A DNA stretch of 64,000 nucleotides from Eledone cirrhosa (GCA_964016885.1 OZ024740.1:174716001-174780000); one strand, 5' to 3'; counted from the stretch's first letter, positions 12,612-26,264 are shown. Numbers and translations: made by a program. The notes: generated by a model from the letters alone, not told the origin.

Positions 12612-15600
12612 ATGGCCATAAGAGTAGGAAGTTTAAATGTTCGTGGCCTGGGGTCGCCCTGGAAGCAAGGTCACTTGCTCAACGACCTCAGGTCACTAGG
12701 AATGGATGTAATTGCCATCAGCGAGACCAGAATTTCCGACACACGCGCACTGGCGCCGATTTTCGACGATTATCAGATCTTTGCATCTGTTAGTCGGCCG
12801 GGAATGGGAGGTGGAGTGGCTGTGCTGTTTAGGAAATGTCTGGATCTCGAGGTAAGGTCAATCTTCCGGGATCCTGACGGAAAGTTGGTGGTCCTGGACG
12901 TGAGCAATAGCGAAGGTGGTGCCTTTAGACTGGTGGCCGTCTACGCCCCTACTGGGGCCGGTCGGCCGGACTTCTTTAGGCGCCTGGAAAACTTTCTGCT
13001 TACGTCTCGCCCTTTACTGTTAATAGGGGATTGGAATGGCATCTTAGAAGCACGCTGGGATTGTGTGGGAGTATCTGATAGGAGCGGGGGGTGCAAAAGC
13101 CTCAAGTACCTGATCAGCCAGTTTCAACTGTCTGACAGGTACCGACTAGATTTCCCTAATGCGCCAGTATGGACCTGGACCAATCGCATAGGGTCATCTA
13201 GATCGTACATAGATAGGATTTTCATTAGGAAAAGAGATAGAAATAGTGTAGGATGTCCACATTTTAAAACGGTTGCCTATTCAGATCACAAGCTTGTGAT
13301 CTGTATGGTCCACCTAGATAAGACACGTAGGTTAGGACCCAGCTACTGGAAGCTAAACATGTCGTTTCCGGCACGTAAAGCTTACAGGGACCGGGTCAAC
13401 AACTTAGTTAAGCAAAAGTTGACAGGGGGGGTTGTCAACAACAGGTGGTGGGGGGCACTCAAAAGAGAGATTAGAGCAACCTCGATAGGATTTAGCAAAG
13501 AAGTAGCAATAGAGAAAAATAGAAAGGAGGAGGGGCTGATAGCTAAGTTAGACGAGGCTATTTGTAGTGGCATTGCAACAGACGTGCTAGCGGCGAGAAT
13601 GGCACTAGACCATTTCTTCAATGCGAAACACGAAGGTTGCATTGTCAGAGCTAAGGCGCGTGCTCTGAGGAACGAGGGAACCAAAGCTGCCCGATGGGCT
13701 CGCTTTGCAGAAATGCAGCGTGGAAATAAAACCACAATTCGGTCTTTGACGGATCGAGATGGACACGAACTGAGCGATTCCAAGCAGATGTGTGAGGCCT
13801 TTCGCCAGCACTTTGCTCGATTGTTCGGGAGGATGGGTGAGTCGGAGACGGCGGCGGACTTCAGTCCCTACCTCGACGGCTTGCCACGCCTCTCGACGGC
13901 CGACGCTGAGCGCTGCGAAGAGCCGATAACATCAGTCGAAATTCAGGACGCCCTTGTCGGCTGCTCGAGTCGCAAGTCACCCGGTTTGGATGGTCTGCCC
14001 TACGAGCTTTACGTAAATATGCCAGACTTGTTCTCCGATCTCCTCGAAGCGCTCTACTGCAACTGGCAGCAGAACGGGAGCATTCCCAGTTCTGTGAGCC
14101 GTGGCGTAGTGACGCTGATAAGGAAAGACGAGAACAAGAGGGACACACTAGATAATTTCAGGCCCATAACCCTGCTCAACACAGAGTTTAAGATTTTGGC
14201 CAAGGTGTTAGCGAAAAGGTTGGCGCTTGTCGTCAAAGATTTGGTTGGGGAGGCGCAAACTTGCGCAATCCCGACCAGGTCCATACACGACAACCTCCAC
14301 CTCATGCAATACATCATAGAGAGGGTTGGGTGCAAACCTGGCTTCGGTGGGGCTCTGATCAATTTAGATCAATCGAAAGCATTCGATAGGGTCGACCATC
14401 GGTACTTGGAGGCTGTCCTCGAGGCGGCTGGCTTCGGCCCCGTCTTCAGAAGCTGGATCGCTGCAATGTACAGCGGCATCTGCTCGGTGGTCAAAGTTAA
14501 TGGCCACCTCTCGGAACCGTTTCAGATCTCTCGATCGGTCCGTCAAGGGTGCCCTCTCTCCTCACTTCTGTACGTATTGACTCTTGAGCCTCTACTGCGG
14601 AAGCTGGAGTTGTTGCAGGGCATCCCGCTCGAACCGGGACGCAGAAAGGCTGCGTCCGCTTATGCGGACGACATCACCGTGATGGTGTCGGACACCTCGG
14701 AAATCGAGGTGATCCGCACCCATTTGGAGGAATATGAAAGGTTGACGGGAGCAAAACTTAACCCGGAAAAGTCGGTGGGCTTGCAGCTCGGCACCTGGAG
14801 AGGCAAGTCCATGCCGTCCAACAGCGTCGTTGGGCGCTGGACAGACGGACCGGTAAAGTTGCTCGGGGTTTGGTTCGGACCAGACCTCCAGGTGGATAAG
14901 AATTGGGACGAGGTGACGAGCAGGATAGCCAACCTCACCCAGAAATGGGCTGAGAGAAAGCTATCACTGAAAGGGCGGGCGGAGGTGGCGAACGCGTACA
15001 TCGCGTCCGTCATCTACTACCGCCTGACCGTCGTGCCTTGCCCCCGTCCACGCCTCGCCAATTTGGAACGGCTCCTTTTCAAATTTTTGTGGAGGGGACG
15101 GGTCCCGTTGGTGAGGCGGTCCATCTGCTGCCAGCACCCTCTTCGTGGAGGGCTGGGCATGCCGTGGCTAATGATGCGCAGACATGCGCTGAGGCTGCGA
15201 CATCTCCAGATATTTTGCCTAAACGGTGAACAGGTGTGGTCGCCGTTTGTTAGACGGGCCTTTCCGCAGCTCATCTCTTTGACTGAGCTGCAGTCCTGGG
15301 TCAAGAAGAGACCGAGACTGGGCGACTGGCATCTGGAATGTTGCCAGGCGCTCACTGCACTCTGCAAGGTGGGCAATGCGGTCAGTGGAACTTCCACTCA
15401 AGATTTCTATAGAGGATTAGTGGAGGGCAAGTGCGATGACGTACTAGGAGAGGTTCTGGGCGTCAACGAAGTAGAACTGACCAGTATGTTCCGGAGGACT
15501 TTCGAGCCGGGGACGATGGATAACTTCCAGAAATCCCTCGCTTGGCAGTGCTACCGGGGGGCGCTGCCGGTTCGGGATAAACTCTACAGGCACGGAAGTG

Positions 15601-16031
15601 CTGTCAGACGAACCTGCCCGAGATGCGCGCAGAGCGACGAAACCGTTCTGCACGCACTCGTCCAGTGTCCGTGCATTGCTGACTTGTGGGGTTATGTCGA
15701 ACAGCTATTGTCGCGTGTAGAACGGATCCGGCTATCGTCCGAGTCCATAGTGAAGATTGACCCGCCGCCTTCTTTTGGTCAGGAAGGGCAGGCAATTTTC
15801 CTCTGCCTGGTGGCAGTAGCGAAAGAGGTTGCATGGTGGACCAGGTTGAAAGGACTGAAGACAGACACTTTTCTCTTCGGCCAATCCCTCATCAACTTCT
15901 TCAAGTTTCACTTGGAAAGGAAGGTGAGGGTGGAGAGAGAAGTGCTGCCCCCCAGTACATTTACTGAAAGGTGGGTGAATGTGGCAAGAATGGCCCGCGT
16001 GAGTGGGCCTACTCTGATCATGCGCCTGTAG
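12612..16031 (+). CDS. Tx1-like ORF2 polyprotein: APE endonuclease, reverse transcriptase, C-terminal zinc finger (1139 aa, intact)
   Basis: NVRGL, SET, GDWN, IDRIF, SDH (APE); SPGLDG, FRPITLLN, LDQSKAFDRV, RQGCPLS, YADD (RT); CPRC-x8-H-x4-C. Confidence 0.96.
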   Translation: MAIRVGSLNVRGLGSPWKQGHLLNDLRSLGMDVIAISETRISDTRALAPIFDDYQIFASVSRPGMGGGVAVLFRKCLDLEVRSIFRDPDGKLVVLDVSNSEGGAFRLVAVYAPTGAGRPDFFRRLENFLLTSRPLLLIGDWNGILEARWDCVGVSDRSGGCKSLKYLISQFQLSDRYRLDFPNAPVWTWTNRIGSSRSYIDRIFIRKRDRNSVGCPHFKTVAYSDHKLVICMVHLDKTRRLGPSYWKLNMSFPARKAYRDRVNNLVKQKLTGGVVNNRWWGALKREIRATSIGFSKEVAIEKNRKEEGLIAKLDEAICSGIATDVLAARMALDHFFNAKHEGCIVRAKARALRNEGTKAARWARFAEMQRGNKTTIRSLTDRDGHELSDSKQMCEAFRQHFARLFGRMGESETAADFSPYLDGLPRLSTADAERCEEPITSVEIQDALVGCSSRKSPGLDGLPYELYVNMPDLFSDLLEALYCNWQQNGSIPSSVSRGVVTLIRKDENKRDTLDNFRPITLLNTEFKILAKVLAKRLALVVKDLVGEAQTCAIPTRSIHDNLHLMQYIIERVGCKPGFGGALINLDQSKAFDRVDHRYLEAVLEAAGFGPVFRSWIAAMYSGICSVVKVNGHLSEPFQISRSVRQGCPLSSLLYVLTLEPLLRKLELLQGIPLEPGRRKAASAYADDITVMVSDTSEIEVIRTHLEEYERLTGAKLNPEKSVGLQLGTWRGKSMPSNSVVGRWTDGPVKLLGVWFGPDLQVDKNWDEVTSRIANLTQKWAERKLSLKGRAEVANAYIASVIYYRLTVVPCPRPRLANLERLLFKFLWRGRVPLVRRSICCQHPLRGGLGMPWLMMRRHALRLRHLQIFCLNGEQVWSPFVRRAFPQLISLTELQSWVKKRPRLGDWHLECCQALTALCKVGNAVSGTSTQDFYRGLVEGKCDDVLGEVLGVNEVELTSMFRRTFEPGTMDNFQKSLAWQCYRGALPVRDKLYRHGSAVRRTCPRCAQSDETVLHALVQCPCIADLWGYVEQLLSRVERIRLSSESIVKIDPPPSFGQEGQAIFLCLVAVAKEVAWWTRLKGLKTDTFLFGQSLINFFKFHLERKVRVEREVLPPSTFTERWVNVARMARVSGPTLIMRL

Positions 16032-16310
16032 GCTGGTGAATTCGAGAAGGAGAGGGGTGCCCTTCCCGGGTGCCCTAGGAGCGTCGGGTGGCTCAGGACT
16101 GGTGGGGTGCTTGAGTCAACCCTGGGTGGTGATCCCTCTTATTGGGGAACTTTCATTGTTGTACTTTTATTGTTATTGTTTTTTTGTTATTTATACTTAC
16201 TCGATCTCTATGTAAACCCCCACTGTCCCTGTCTATTGTGTTGTCCCCTATATGTCGGCCCTTGTGGCCAATAAATGAAATCATTATTATTATTATTATT
16301 ATTGTTGTTA

Positions 16311-16440
16311 TGAGTTATGGCCCTTTACGGCCATAACTCATCCCGCCGAGGTTAACTTTGCCTTTCATCCTTACGGAGTCGATAAAATAAAGTACCAGTG
16401 CTGGCCTTGTGCCAAAAGTAGAAACAATTATTATTATTAT
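16311..16440 (+). mobile_element. SINE family 1, partial, directly after copy B tail
   Basis: CCCGCCGAGGTTAACTTTGCCTTTCATCC...AGAAACAATTATT. Confidence 0.8.
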
Positions 16441-16573
16441 TGTTGTTATTGTTGTTGTTGTTGTTGTTGTTGTTTACACCCTATTGAGTACAAATAAAGG
16501 ATACTTCGATAATGACAAGAGCAAATCCAAAGAGTCAGTCTACGCGGGGGTGTAGAGGTTTTAATAATAGTAA

Positions 16574-16722
16574 ATAATTGTTTCTACTTTTGGCACAAGG
16601 TCAGCAATGACCCAGTGCATTACTGGTACTTTATTTTATCGACCCCGTAAGGATGAAAGGCAAAGTTAACCTCGGCGGGGTTTGAACTCAGAATAGAAAT
16701 GGCCGTAACTCTATGCGTCAAA
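16574..16722 (-). mobile_element. SINE family 1, 5'-truncated
   Basis: Reverse complement of family core and tail. Confidence 0.8.
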
Positions 16723-17169
16723 AATGAATGACTTCTACCTTTTACCGACAAGGTCACACGTTTATGGGGAAAGGGTATAATAGATTTATTTAATCGAACC
16801 GGCACTTGACACTTCTAACGCCCTTTATTTACCAACCCACCCCCACCTCCTTCAAGAAGAAGAAGAAGAAGAAGAAGGAAATTTCGTATTTAAACATGTT
16901 ATGTCTTCGTTGTAGTATTGAAGTTAATAATATATATATTTATTTACTCTCTCTCCTCCTCCTCCTCCCCTCCTTCTTGTGTATTATAGATCTCTAGATG
17001 TTCTCTCTGTGTATGCGTATTTATGCCCATGTGTGTGTATGTGCATATGTGGGTGTATATATATGTGTGTATCTATATGTGTGTGTTTGTGTGCGTGTGT
17101 CATCTACTTAAATGTCATAGAGATGGAATACATTGCAATTTTTATTGTTATTTCTTTATTGTTTCGAGT

Positions 17170-17288
17170 ATATCTATGTTTGGGTTACCTTTGTTTGGGT
17201 TATCTATGTTTGGGTTATCTATGTTTGGGTTACCTTTGTTTGGGTTACCTATGTTTGGGTTATCTATGTTTGGGTTACCTTTGGGTAC
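17170..17288. repeat. 15-bp minisatellite TGTTTGGGTTAYCTW, ~8 units
   Basis: Seen directly; explains the LCLGY repeat in a spurious ORF. Confidence 0.95.
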
Positions 17289-17440
17289 TTAGGCTTGCAC
17301 GTGTTATAAGAATAATTCTTTTTGAGTTTGTAGTTTCCCTCCTGATACTCCGATTTTTACTAATGTTTAGAGGTCTTTGAATAACCCGAGTATTTCAAGC
17401 AAAAATATAAATTATAATGTTCAATCATAATTTTATATTA

Positions 17441-17608
17441 CCGTATTTCCCGGCGCCGAAGACGCTTCGTTGTCGAGGACGCATCCTAATTTTGACAACC
17501 CAAAATTTGAAAAAAGAAAATGATCAAACTTCGGCTTCCAGGACGCATGGTAGATTTTTTAGACTTATTTTGGGGAAAAAGTGGCGTCTTCGACGCCGGG
17601 AAATACGG
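17441..17608. mobile_element. Tc1/mariner/pogo-type MITE
   Basis: 25-bp TIR CCGTATTTCCCGGCGYCGAAGACGC (one mismatch), TA on both sides. Confidence 0.9.
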
Positions 17609-17744
17609 TAATTATAGGTGTTTTCCCTTTTATTTGATATTGTGTTCATAATAAATTGTTTCTACCTTTAGGCTAGCAATTTGAAGGGGATGGGAAAGTC
17701 GATTAAATCGACCCCATGCATTACAGGTGCTTTATTTTATCGAC

Positions 17745-18312
17745 CCAACTCTCCCCCTCTCTATATTTAATACACGAAACTCTCTTTCAATACCTTTCTC
17801 TATATCAATTAACAACAAACTCTCCCCTCTCTATATCTACTACATGGTACTCTTTTCCATTCCCCTTTTCTATATCAATTAGCACCAAACTCTCCCTCTC
17901 TGTATCTACCTCAAGGAACTCTCTTCCCAAAACCCCTCTTTATATCAATAAACATCAAACTCTCCCCCTCTCTATATCTACTATAAGGAACTCTCTCCCA
18001 ATCACCCCTCTCTCTATATCAATTACCACCAAACTATCCCCCTCTCTATATCTACCATACAGCACTCTTTCATTCCCTCCCTCTCTATCCATCACTACCA
18101 TTCTCTCCCTCTCTATACCTATCAATACCTATCTCTATCAATCCTCTCACTCTATTCATTACCAGCAAACTCACCCCTCTCTACATCAACCATACAACAC
18201 ACTCTTCCAATACCCCTCTCTATATCAACTACACGGAACTCTCTTCAAAGTCCCCTCTCTATTTCTAATATACAACACACTCTCCCAACCTTCCTCTCTA
18301 TATCAATTACCA
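17745..18312. repeat. Degenerate pyrimidine-rich tandem repeat (AAACTCTCCCCTCTCTATATC-type, ~60-bp period)
   Basis: Repeating CTCTCCCCTCTCTATATC / CCCCTCTCTATATCAAT blocks. Confidence 0.75.
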
Positions 18313-19577
18313 CTTGATATACACGTGAATTACTTCACTCCGGATTTTTACGGATTATTGTAAAAAAAAACTGTGAGTTCATTGCTCAATTTAATAGCAT
18401 TGTTTAGTTTAACCCCTTGTCTGGGCCTTCAGACGTTGAGTCAACTAATTTTCACCCCTTTCTGGGGCGAAATTTTCATTTTCATCTCAAAACTGTGTAG
18501 ACTTTGTAGTCAGCAATGGATGCCATTTCAACCTCGTACACTGTCGTGAGTGCCACGCCCACTAAGAAAAGTGGTGGAGGGAAGGTAGGAGTACAAAGCT
18601 TGCAGCCTTCCCCCCTCGCATTATCGAAAAACGTTGAAAATATTGAAACCACGAAACCAAACCCGGTAAATAATACCAGCACCAACAACAAGAACAATGA
18701 CAATAACACCACAACCAACAACTGCAACAATAGCAACACCAAGGAAAACATGAACAATATTACCAACAGTGACAACAACAACAACAGCAACAAAAAAGAC
18801 AACAGCACCAAAACAACGTTTGCGCAGACTGTAAAAAAAAACGAACTATACACGCCAATTGACATAACAAATGCTAAACAACTACTACAAGACGCAAAAC
18901 AATTCGTGACTTTTGGTGAAAACGGTGCTTTTAGCATCAATTCTCCACAGGAATTAAGTAGAGAGGCTGTCCTGAAAACCACAGTTTTCAGGACAATATC
19001 GAACGAAACAAGAAAACCAGCTCAATTATAACAAAATGAAATTGAGCTGGTTCTAAAAGATGCAATGAAGGACATAACCTTCGTACAAAAAGGAAAACTG
19101 TTTGGTAGCATTTCGGTGCTAATGAATAACCAGTCAACAGCACAAAAATACTCGGTATCACCCATTGTGTCTCCCCGCTTCACCTTTTTCCCCACATACA
19201 GGGGAAAAAGGACACAAAGAATAAAAATCATGAGTATCACACCAAATGTAAATATTTGGTGAATACTATGTGGAATCATTGAGTTTGATGAAGACATTAT
19301 AATTTCAATAGGAAAGTCCTCCGGAGGTGTATTTGGTGGGACCAGCATAGAAGTTCTGGTGCAAATGAGCCCAGAACGAATAGCGAATATCCCACAACGC
19401 GTGCCTCTGGACGGGCTAACTTATATAAACATTTCTGTGGAGGGAAGGCGGCCGTCATGTTACCACTGCTTAAGCAGGGGTCACCTGAGGGCTGCCTGTC
19501 CTCAATTAACGAGTAAAAAAAAAGGCTCTTCTACCAACACCGAACCCAACAACACCACCACCACCACCACCACCACC

Positions 19578-19613
<36 letters not shown>

Positions 19614-22600
19614 CGGAAAAATAACAACACAAAACACTGTTCCACCCAAAACACTGTTCCCCACCTAAAACAAATACAAAAGCAACCACAACAAAACCCC
19701 AAAATATACCCCTCCCCAACAACACGGAAGAGGACTCCGTATCAACGTCACCCAGTGACGACGAGGGAGAACCTTTTCAACAGGTGAAAAGGAAAAAAAA
19801 AAGCACCACATTAACAAAAATGCTACAAACACACAACCACCAGCACAAACAGAACAAACATCACAAACAAAAAAAACCACCCCTCCCCAAAACATAACAC
19901 ATGCTACAAAACGCAAACACGCACAAGAACAACAAACAAAAACAAACACAACAAAAACTCTATACATACATTAACAAGAACAATAAAACTTTGATGAAAG
20001 CAATAGAAAATAACCCTTCGGTGGAAACCGAAGGGATCACTTTCACCTACGCAGCGAACAAACCGCACCTAATGATGATTAGGGTCCCAACGAAAACCTA
20101 TGTAACTTTGAAAAAGAACCATCCAATGCATGTGGGGACCACCTACACCAAACCACTTAACAGCGTCCTATTGAGATGTTTCCCCACCCCCACACCAGAC
20201 ACCCACACCCCACCAAACACCCTAATCCCACCACACACTGATGTCCTCACAAACCACCACCCCACCAAACAACCCTTCCAACACCCCCATGGAAATTGTG
20301 TAGCCTGGTCCCCAGGAGACGAAGAGGTAAGTAATTTCCTTTCCTCTTCCTATTAACTCTTCAGCACCAACATGGCCAATATAAGAGTTGGGTGTGTGAA
20401 TGCACGCGGCCTGGGGATGTCCTGGAAACAGGGCAAACTCTTAAATGACCTCATGTCGCACAGAGTGGATGTAATGGTTATTTGCGAGTCCAGGATCAGC
20501 AGCGAGCGCCAACTGGCCCCCATCTTCGACGACTTTGAGATCTACGCATCTCTCTGTCAGCCGATGGGTGGGGGTGGGGTTGTCGTTCTGCTGCGAAAAT
20601 ATCTGGGTCTTGCCACACAGAAGGTACACCTGGACCCGGAGGGTCGACTGGTGGTTTTAGACGTCGGCAGTAGTGAAGGTGGAGCTTTCAGGCTGGTGGC
20701 AGCGTATGCCCCATCTGGGACACCGCGACCGGACTTCTTCCGACGCCTGGAGAATTTCCTGGGAACGTCTCGCTCCTTTATTTTAGTGGGGGACTGGAAT
20801 GGTATCCTGGATGCACGTTGGGACTATGTAGGGGCATGTCCCGATAGAGGGGGGATGTAACAGCCTCAAACGATTAATCGGCCGATTTGATCTGGCCGAT
20901 AGATATCAACTAGATTTTCCGACTGTGCCACTGTGGACGTGGACTTATCGCACCGGAACATCTAGGTCGTACCTAGATAGGTTCCTAGTTAGAAATAAGG
21001 ATAGGAACATATTAAGCTGTCCACGAATGTTCATGGTTGACTATTCGGATCACAAGTTGGTGACCGGAGTGGCCAACCTTGATAGAACTCATAGACAGGG
21101 ACCCGGTTACTGGAAGCTAAACTTGTCTTTACCGACAAACAAAACTTACAGTAAGCGGATTAGCACACTTGTTAAGCAGCGGTTGACGGGGGCAATTGTC
21201 AACAGCAGGTGGTGGGGCTCTCTCAAGAGAGAAATTAGAATAGAATCGATAGGTTTTAGTCAGGAATTAGCATCAGATAGGAATAGAACTGAAAGGGAAT
21301 TAATAGATAGAGTAGAAGAGGCGATTAGGAGTGGCAACGTGGCCGGCGTGCTGGCGTCAAGAACGGCCCTAGACCAGTTCTTTGATGCGAAGCACGAGGG
21401 CTGCGTTGTCAGGAGTAAAATACGTGCTATGGGTAACGAGGGAGCCAAAGCTGTTAGCTGGGCCCGAGTGACAAAGGCAAAAAGTGGAAACAAGTATACG
21501 ATTCGGTCTTTGAAGGACCAGGATGGACGCGTGATCCTTGAACCTGAGCGGATGAGCGCGGCCTTTCAACGGCGCTTTGCACGACTGTTCGGGAAAGGCG
21601 GCGGGCCGGGTGGGGCCATGGATTTCGGTCCATACCTCGACGGTCTGGCGTGGCTCTCGGACGGGGAGGCGAAGTCCTGCGAGGAGCCGATTTCAGCCGC
21701 TGAAATAGGGGAAGCGCTGAGCCAATGCGGCAAATACAAATCTCCGGGTCTCGATGGTCTACCATACGAACTTTATGTAGCGATGCCGGGATTGTTCTCC
21801 GGTCTCCTCGAGGCGGTCTACTGCAACTGGCAACAGAGCGGGAGAATTCCCAGTTCTGTGACCAAGGGCGTAGTCACGCTGGTGAGGAAGGACGAGAACA
21901 AGGGGGATGACATAGATCACTTCAGGCCCATAACTCTGCTAAACACAGAGTTAAAGATTTTGGCCAAGGTGTTAGCGAAGAGGTTCGCGCTTGTCGTCGG
22001 GAACCTGGTGGGAGAAGCGCAGACATGCGCAATCCCGTCCAGGTCCATACACGACAACCTCCACCTCATGCGATACATCGTAGAGAGGGTAGGGAACGAA
22101 CCCGGCTTTGGTGGGGCCCTGATCAACTTGGATCAATCTAAGGCGTTCGATAGGGTTGACCATCGGTACCTGGATGCGGTGCTCGCGGCGGCAGGCTTCG
22201 GACCCGTTTTCAGGGGCTGGATTGCTGCAATGCACAGCAGCAACACCTGCTCGAGGGTCAAGGTGAACGGCTACCTCTCGGAGCCGTTCCAAATCACGCG
22301 ATCCATCCGACAGGGATGCCCTCTCTCCTCCCTCCTGTATGTGCTGGTTCTCGAGCCACTACTGCGGTAGCTGGAGCTGTTGCAGGACATCCCCTTGGAA
22401 CCGGGATTGCGGAAAGCGGTGTCGGCCTACGCCACTGACGTGACAGTAATGGTGTCGTGCGCCTCGGAAATCGGGCAGATCGGCACCTTACTGGAGGAAT
22501 ATGAAAGGTTCACAGGAGCCAAGCTGAACCGGAACAAGTCCGTCGGTTTGCAACTCGGGACATGGAGGGGCAAACCGATGCCCTCCGACGGCATCGTCGG

Positions 22601-23996
22601 ACGCTGGACGGAGAGACCGGTGAAGCTGCTCGGGATCTGGTTCGGACCGGACCTCCAGGTGGAGAAAAACTGGGACGAGGTAACGGTTAAGGTGTTTGCA
22701 CTTGCCCAGAAGTGGGCCGAGTGCAAGCTATCCCTGAAAGGTCGAGCGGAGGTGGCGAACGCTTATATAGCGTCCGTCATCTATTACCGCTTGACCGTCG
22801 TGCCTTGCCCAGAGAAAACACTCGCCAAAATGGAGCGCGCGCTCTTCCGATTTCTTTGGAAGAAGCGGGCGCCTTTGGTGAGAAGATCCATCTGCTGTCA
22901 ACACCCTTCGAACGGAGGGCTGGGGATGCCGTGGCTGACGATGCGTAGACACGCATTAAGGCTACGGCACCTCCAGGTATTCCTCACCGGTCAGCCGGTT
23001 GGGCCCTGTTTGTGAGGCGAGCCTTTCCGAGACTCGTCTCACTCACCAAGCTCCAATCCTGGGTCAAGCAAAGACCGAGAAAAGTGGGCGACTGGCACAT
23101 TGAATGTGCCCAGGCGCTCACGGCCCTCTGGCAAGCGGATCCGGCAATCAGTGGAGACTCAACTTCAACATTCTATAGAGGGTTGGTGCGCAGTAAGTGC
23201 GACGACGCTCTGGGCATGGAGGAAGATGAGCTGGCCAGTCTGTTCGGTAGGACGTTTGGCAATGTTACCGAGGAGCTCTACCCGTTCGGAACAAGCTCTA
23301 CAGACACGGGCGCCCGGGTAAGGACTCCTCGAAGAAGATCTGTCCGAGATGCGTGCGTGACGAGGAAACCGTCGCACACGCATTCGTACACTGCCCGGGC
23401 GTTGCTGACCTGTGGGGCTATGTGGAACGACTACTGTCGCGGGTGGGACCAATCCGGTTGACCACCGAGAACATTGTCACGATCAAACCGCCTCCCCCTT
23501 TCAAAAACGAAGGAGAGGCGGTTTTCCTCTGTGTGATAGCTATGGCGAAAGAAGTTGTATGGTGGACAAGGTTGAAAGGGCTGAGGTCAGACACCTTTCT
23601 CTCCGGCCAACAACTGGTCTTTTTTTTCAAGTACCACTTTAGAAGAAAGATCAGAATGGAGAGAGAGGTGCTCTACCCCAGCAAGTTTTATGAAAGGTGG
23701 GTGAAAGTAGCGAGAATGGCCCGAGTGAATGAGTCTTCTCTCTATATCAGCCTGTAGGTGAGAGAGGAGAAGAATGAGAAGAGGAAGGAAGCACTTGCTC
23801 TTTGTACTCCTGAAGTGGAGGGTTGCACATTTTTTCGGGGGTGTGTGCGACCCATGTCAACGCCCCTCCCTATTGAGGACATCGATTGTTAAATTTAATT
23901 TGTTATATGTTTTTTACACGTCTTTTTAAATGTATGTAAACTCCCCCCTTTGTATTTGTCCCAATCTTTGATGCCCTGGTGGCAAATAAATAGAAA
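18313..23996 (+). mobile_element. Tx1/L1-clade LINE copy C, near full length, lightly degraded
   Basis: ORF1 from 18516 (CYHCLSRGHLRAAC knuckle), ORF2 from 20372, ends CCCTGGTGGCAAATAAATAGAAA; 5' boundary approximate. Confidence 0.92.
20372..23757 (+). pseudogene. Copy C ORF2, disrupted
   Basis: NARGL, SDH, LDQSKAFDRV, RQGCPLS; YADD changed to YATD; stop at 22368, frameshifts and a deletion near 23260. Confidence 0.9.
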
Positions 23997-24333
23997 TTTA
24001 TATTAATTACCACCAAATTCTCCCCCCCCCCCTCTCTCTCTCTCTCGGTGCTGTCTCTACATAACATGTAGATAAATTGTAGCGCATATACAAATAGATG
24101 AGTGTTTTGGTAGTTTGGGGAGAAAAATATAACCATTGGGGGGGGGGGGAATAGCACTCCTGCGCCTGTCCCCTCACCACCACCCCACCGCCCCTGCATA
24201 CATGCATTAAGTTTTATATATTAAGATTAAAGACAAACAACAGCTAAAATGTGTCGTTTTATTCTGTTTGCTATTTACATATATACATATATACATATAT
24301 GTGTGTGTGTGTGAGTGTGTGTGTGTATATATA

Positions 24334-24364
<31 letters not shown>

Positions 24365-25199
24365 GTATATATCAGGGGAGAAAAACAAGCAAGATGGTTC
24401 CTTATAAGCTTCTATTCCCTTTGTAATCAATTAATATATAACCAATCCCTGATGAGACGTAAAAACAGCAGAAACTAGTGAGGTTATTTGTATTATTCTG
24501 ATCACCGAGAGACAAACGTCATAACGACATTATATTACATAACAAGGCTACAAATGTGTGTTTATTAGAAAATTTACCTTATAAATGTACCCGAACGCTG
24601 TTTCATGCTTTAAACCTTTAACACTTTAGCATTTAAACTGACCATATCCAGCCAGAATTCTCTCACCTCTTTCTGTTCAAACCGGTTATAACCGGCTGCT
24701 CATACTTATGTTAAGGTATTGTTTTCAAAATAAATAATATAAAAACCTCGTAGAATCGATATTATGTGAGATAATTATGTGGAATAAAGTATTTACCATG
24801 AAAATACAATAGTAAATAAAGAGTAATGTAAATGCTAAAGGGTTAAGGCGTCGAACAAAGGACATTGAGGTATTTGTTCAGATTCAAATACCGTCAAAGT
24901 CAGCTTTGTGCTTCACACTTCCGGTGTCGATGATATAAATTATATAAAACTGCTGCAGTCGATATAATCGATTTCCCCATCTCTTAAATTAGAAACAAGA
25001 AAATAAGCTAAAACTATTATAATTAAGACCACTTCCACCACCACTACTATCACCAACAATGCCACTGCCCTTTGAGATACCTTCAGATTTATACCTGTGA
25101 TTATTGGAGAACTGGAATATGTTAGTAACTGCCTCAGTACAAATGTTGAGAGGCTAGGCTTCACAGAAACAGAAATAACACGACTAGTTAAAAAATTAC

Positions 25200-25495
25200 A
25201 AGTACAACCCATTAATGAAACAGTAAAAATATGTAAAACATTCCAAAAATTCTGCATCTAATAACTGCATATATACATGTACAGACACAAGCATATACAC
25301 ATGTAACTCAAAACATAAACCTCCACACATACAATAATATCTATACCTGCACACACATGCATACATGCAGACATGCATACATATATGCCTAGTTGATGTT
25401 GTGTAAATTCCAATGAGAGAGTCTTGTAACTATGTTAGAAACCAACTCTCACTCTATTGGTAAAAATTTATAAAATTATAAAACCAGAAGAACAC
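25200..25495 (+). repeat. Dispersed ~290-bp repeat, copy 1
   Basis: CCATTAATGRAACAGTAAAAATATGTAAAACATTCC...TTATAAAACCAGAAGAACA also at 31676-31957. Confidence 0.85.
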
Positions 25496-26094
25496 ATGTA
25501 CATACATACATATATACATATATGTGGGTGTTTATGTATGTGTACTGAGTGAGATATATATTGTTGTATATATAAACACTAATACACATGTATATACATA
25601 CATATACAAGTATACATACGTGTGTGTATATGCGTGCGTACATACATACACACACACATACAATCTTGAACAATAGCCTCATCAAATATTTTGTTCACAT
25701 AGATAAATTCGATATGTTTAATCAATGATTCATTGTAGCTCGTATTTCATCTCATAAAGTGTTTGGACATATATCAAGTGTCCCATAAGTTAAACACCAT
25801 TTAACATTAGAGTAATGTTTAAATGCTGTCTATTCGTGGGGACAACTAAGAGAAACTAACATAAATTACCGAACAGAATAAAAGAATAGAGGATTAATAG
25901 GTTCAAAGTATAGGAAAACTGCAAAGCCTGCTCGACTTCTGGAATATGAAAATACTTCGAATGGAAAAATAAAGAACAGAAAAATATATTTAACAAGAAT
26001 TTATCGGCGAATACGATCACCGACATATATAAGCTTCACGTTTTTTCAGCAATAGTGTAAGAACTATGATCATTCAATCAGAAAAATGATTTAA

Positions 26095-26262
26095 TTCATT
26101 CCCCGGCCTTAAATACGCTCCGACGGCGAGGACGCAAACCCATTTAAATTGCTAAATTTTGAAAGAAAAAAAAATTGACATAAAATGACTGACGTAACAT
26201 TCAGCCTCCTTTTTTTTGCTTATTTTGTTTGGGAAAAAAACAGCGTCTTCCATGCGTGAAAT
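26095..26262. mobile_element. Older MITE related to 17441-17608
   Basis: Decayed TIR-like ends and shared internal GAGGACGCA and GCGTCTT motifs. Confidence 0.45.
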
Positions 26263-26264
26263 TA

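Larger units (their letters stand above)
10463..16303 (+). mobile_element. Tx1/L1-clade LINE copy B, full length, youngest
   Basis: Starts right after copy A tail; ORF1, intact ORF2, 3'UTR, AATAAA, (ATT)n tail. Confidence 0.95.

Noticed and set aside
17170-17288. Interstitial telomere
   Set aside because: Unit is 15 bp with TTTGGG, not tandem TTAGGG
17716-18363. 215-aa ORF
   Set aside because: Translation of a pyrimidine-rich tandem repeat; no domain features
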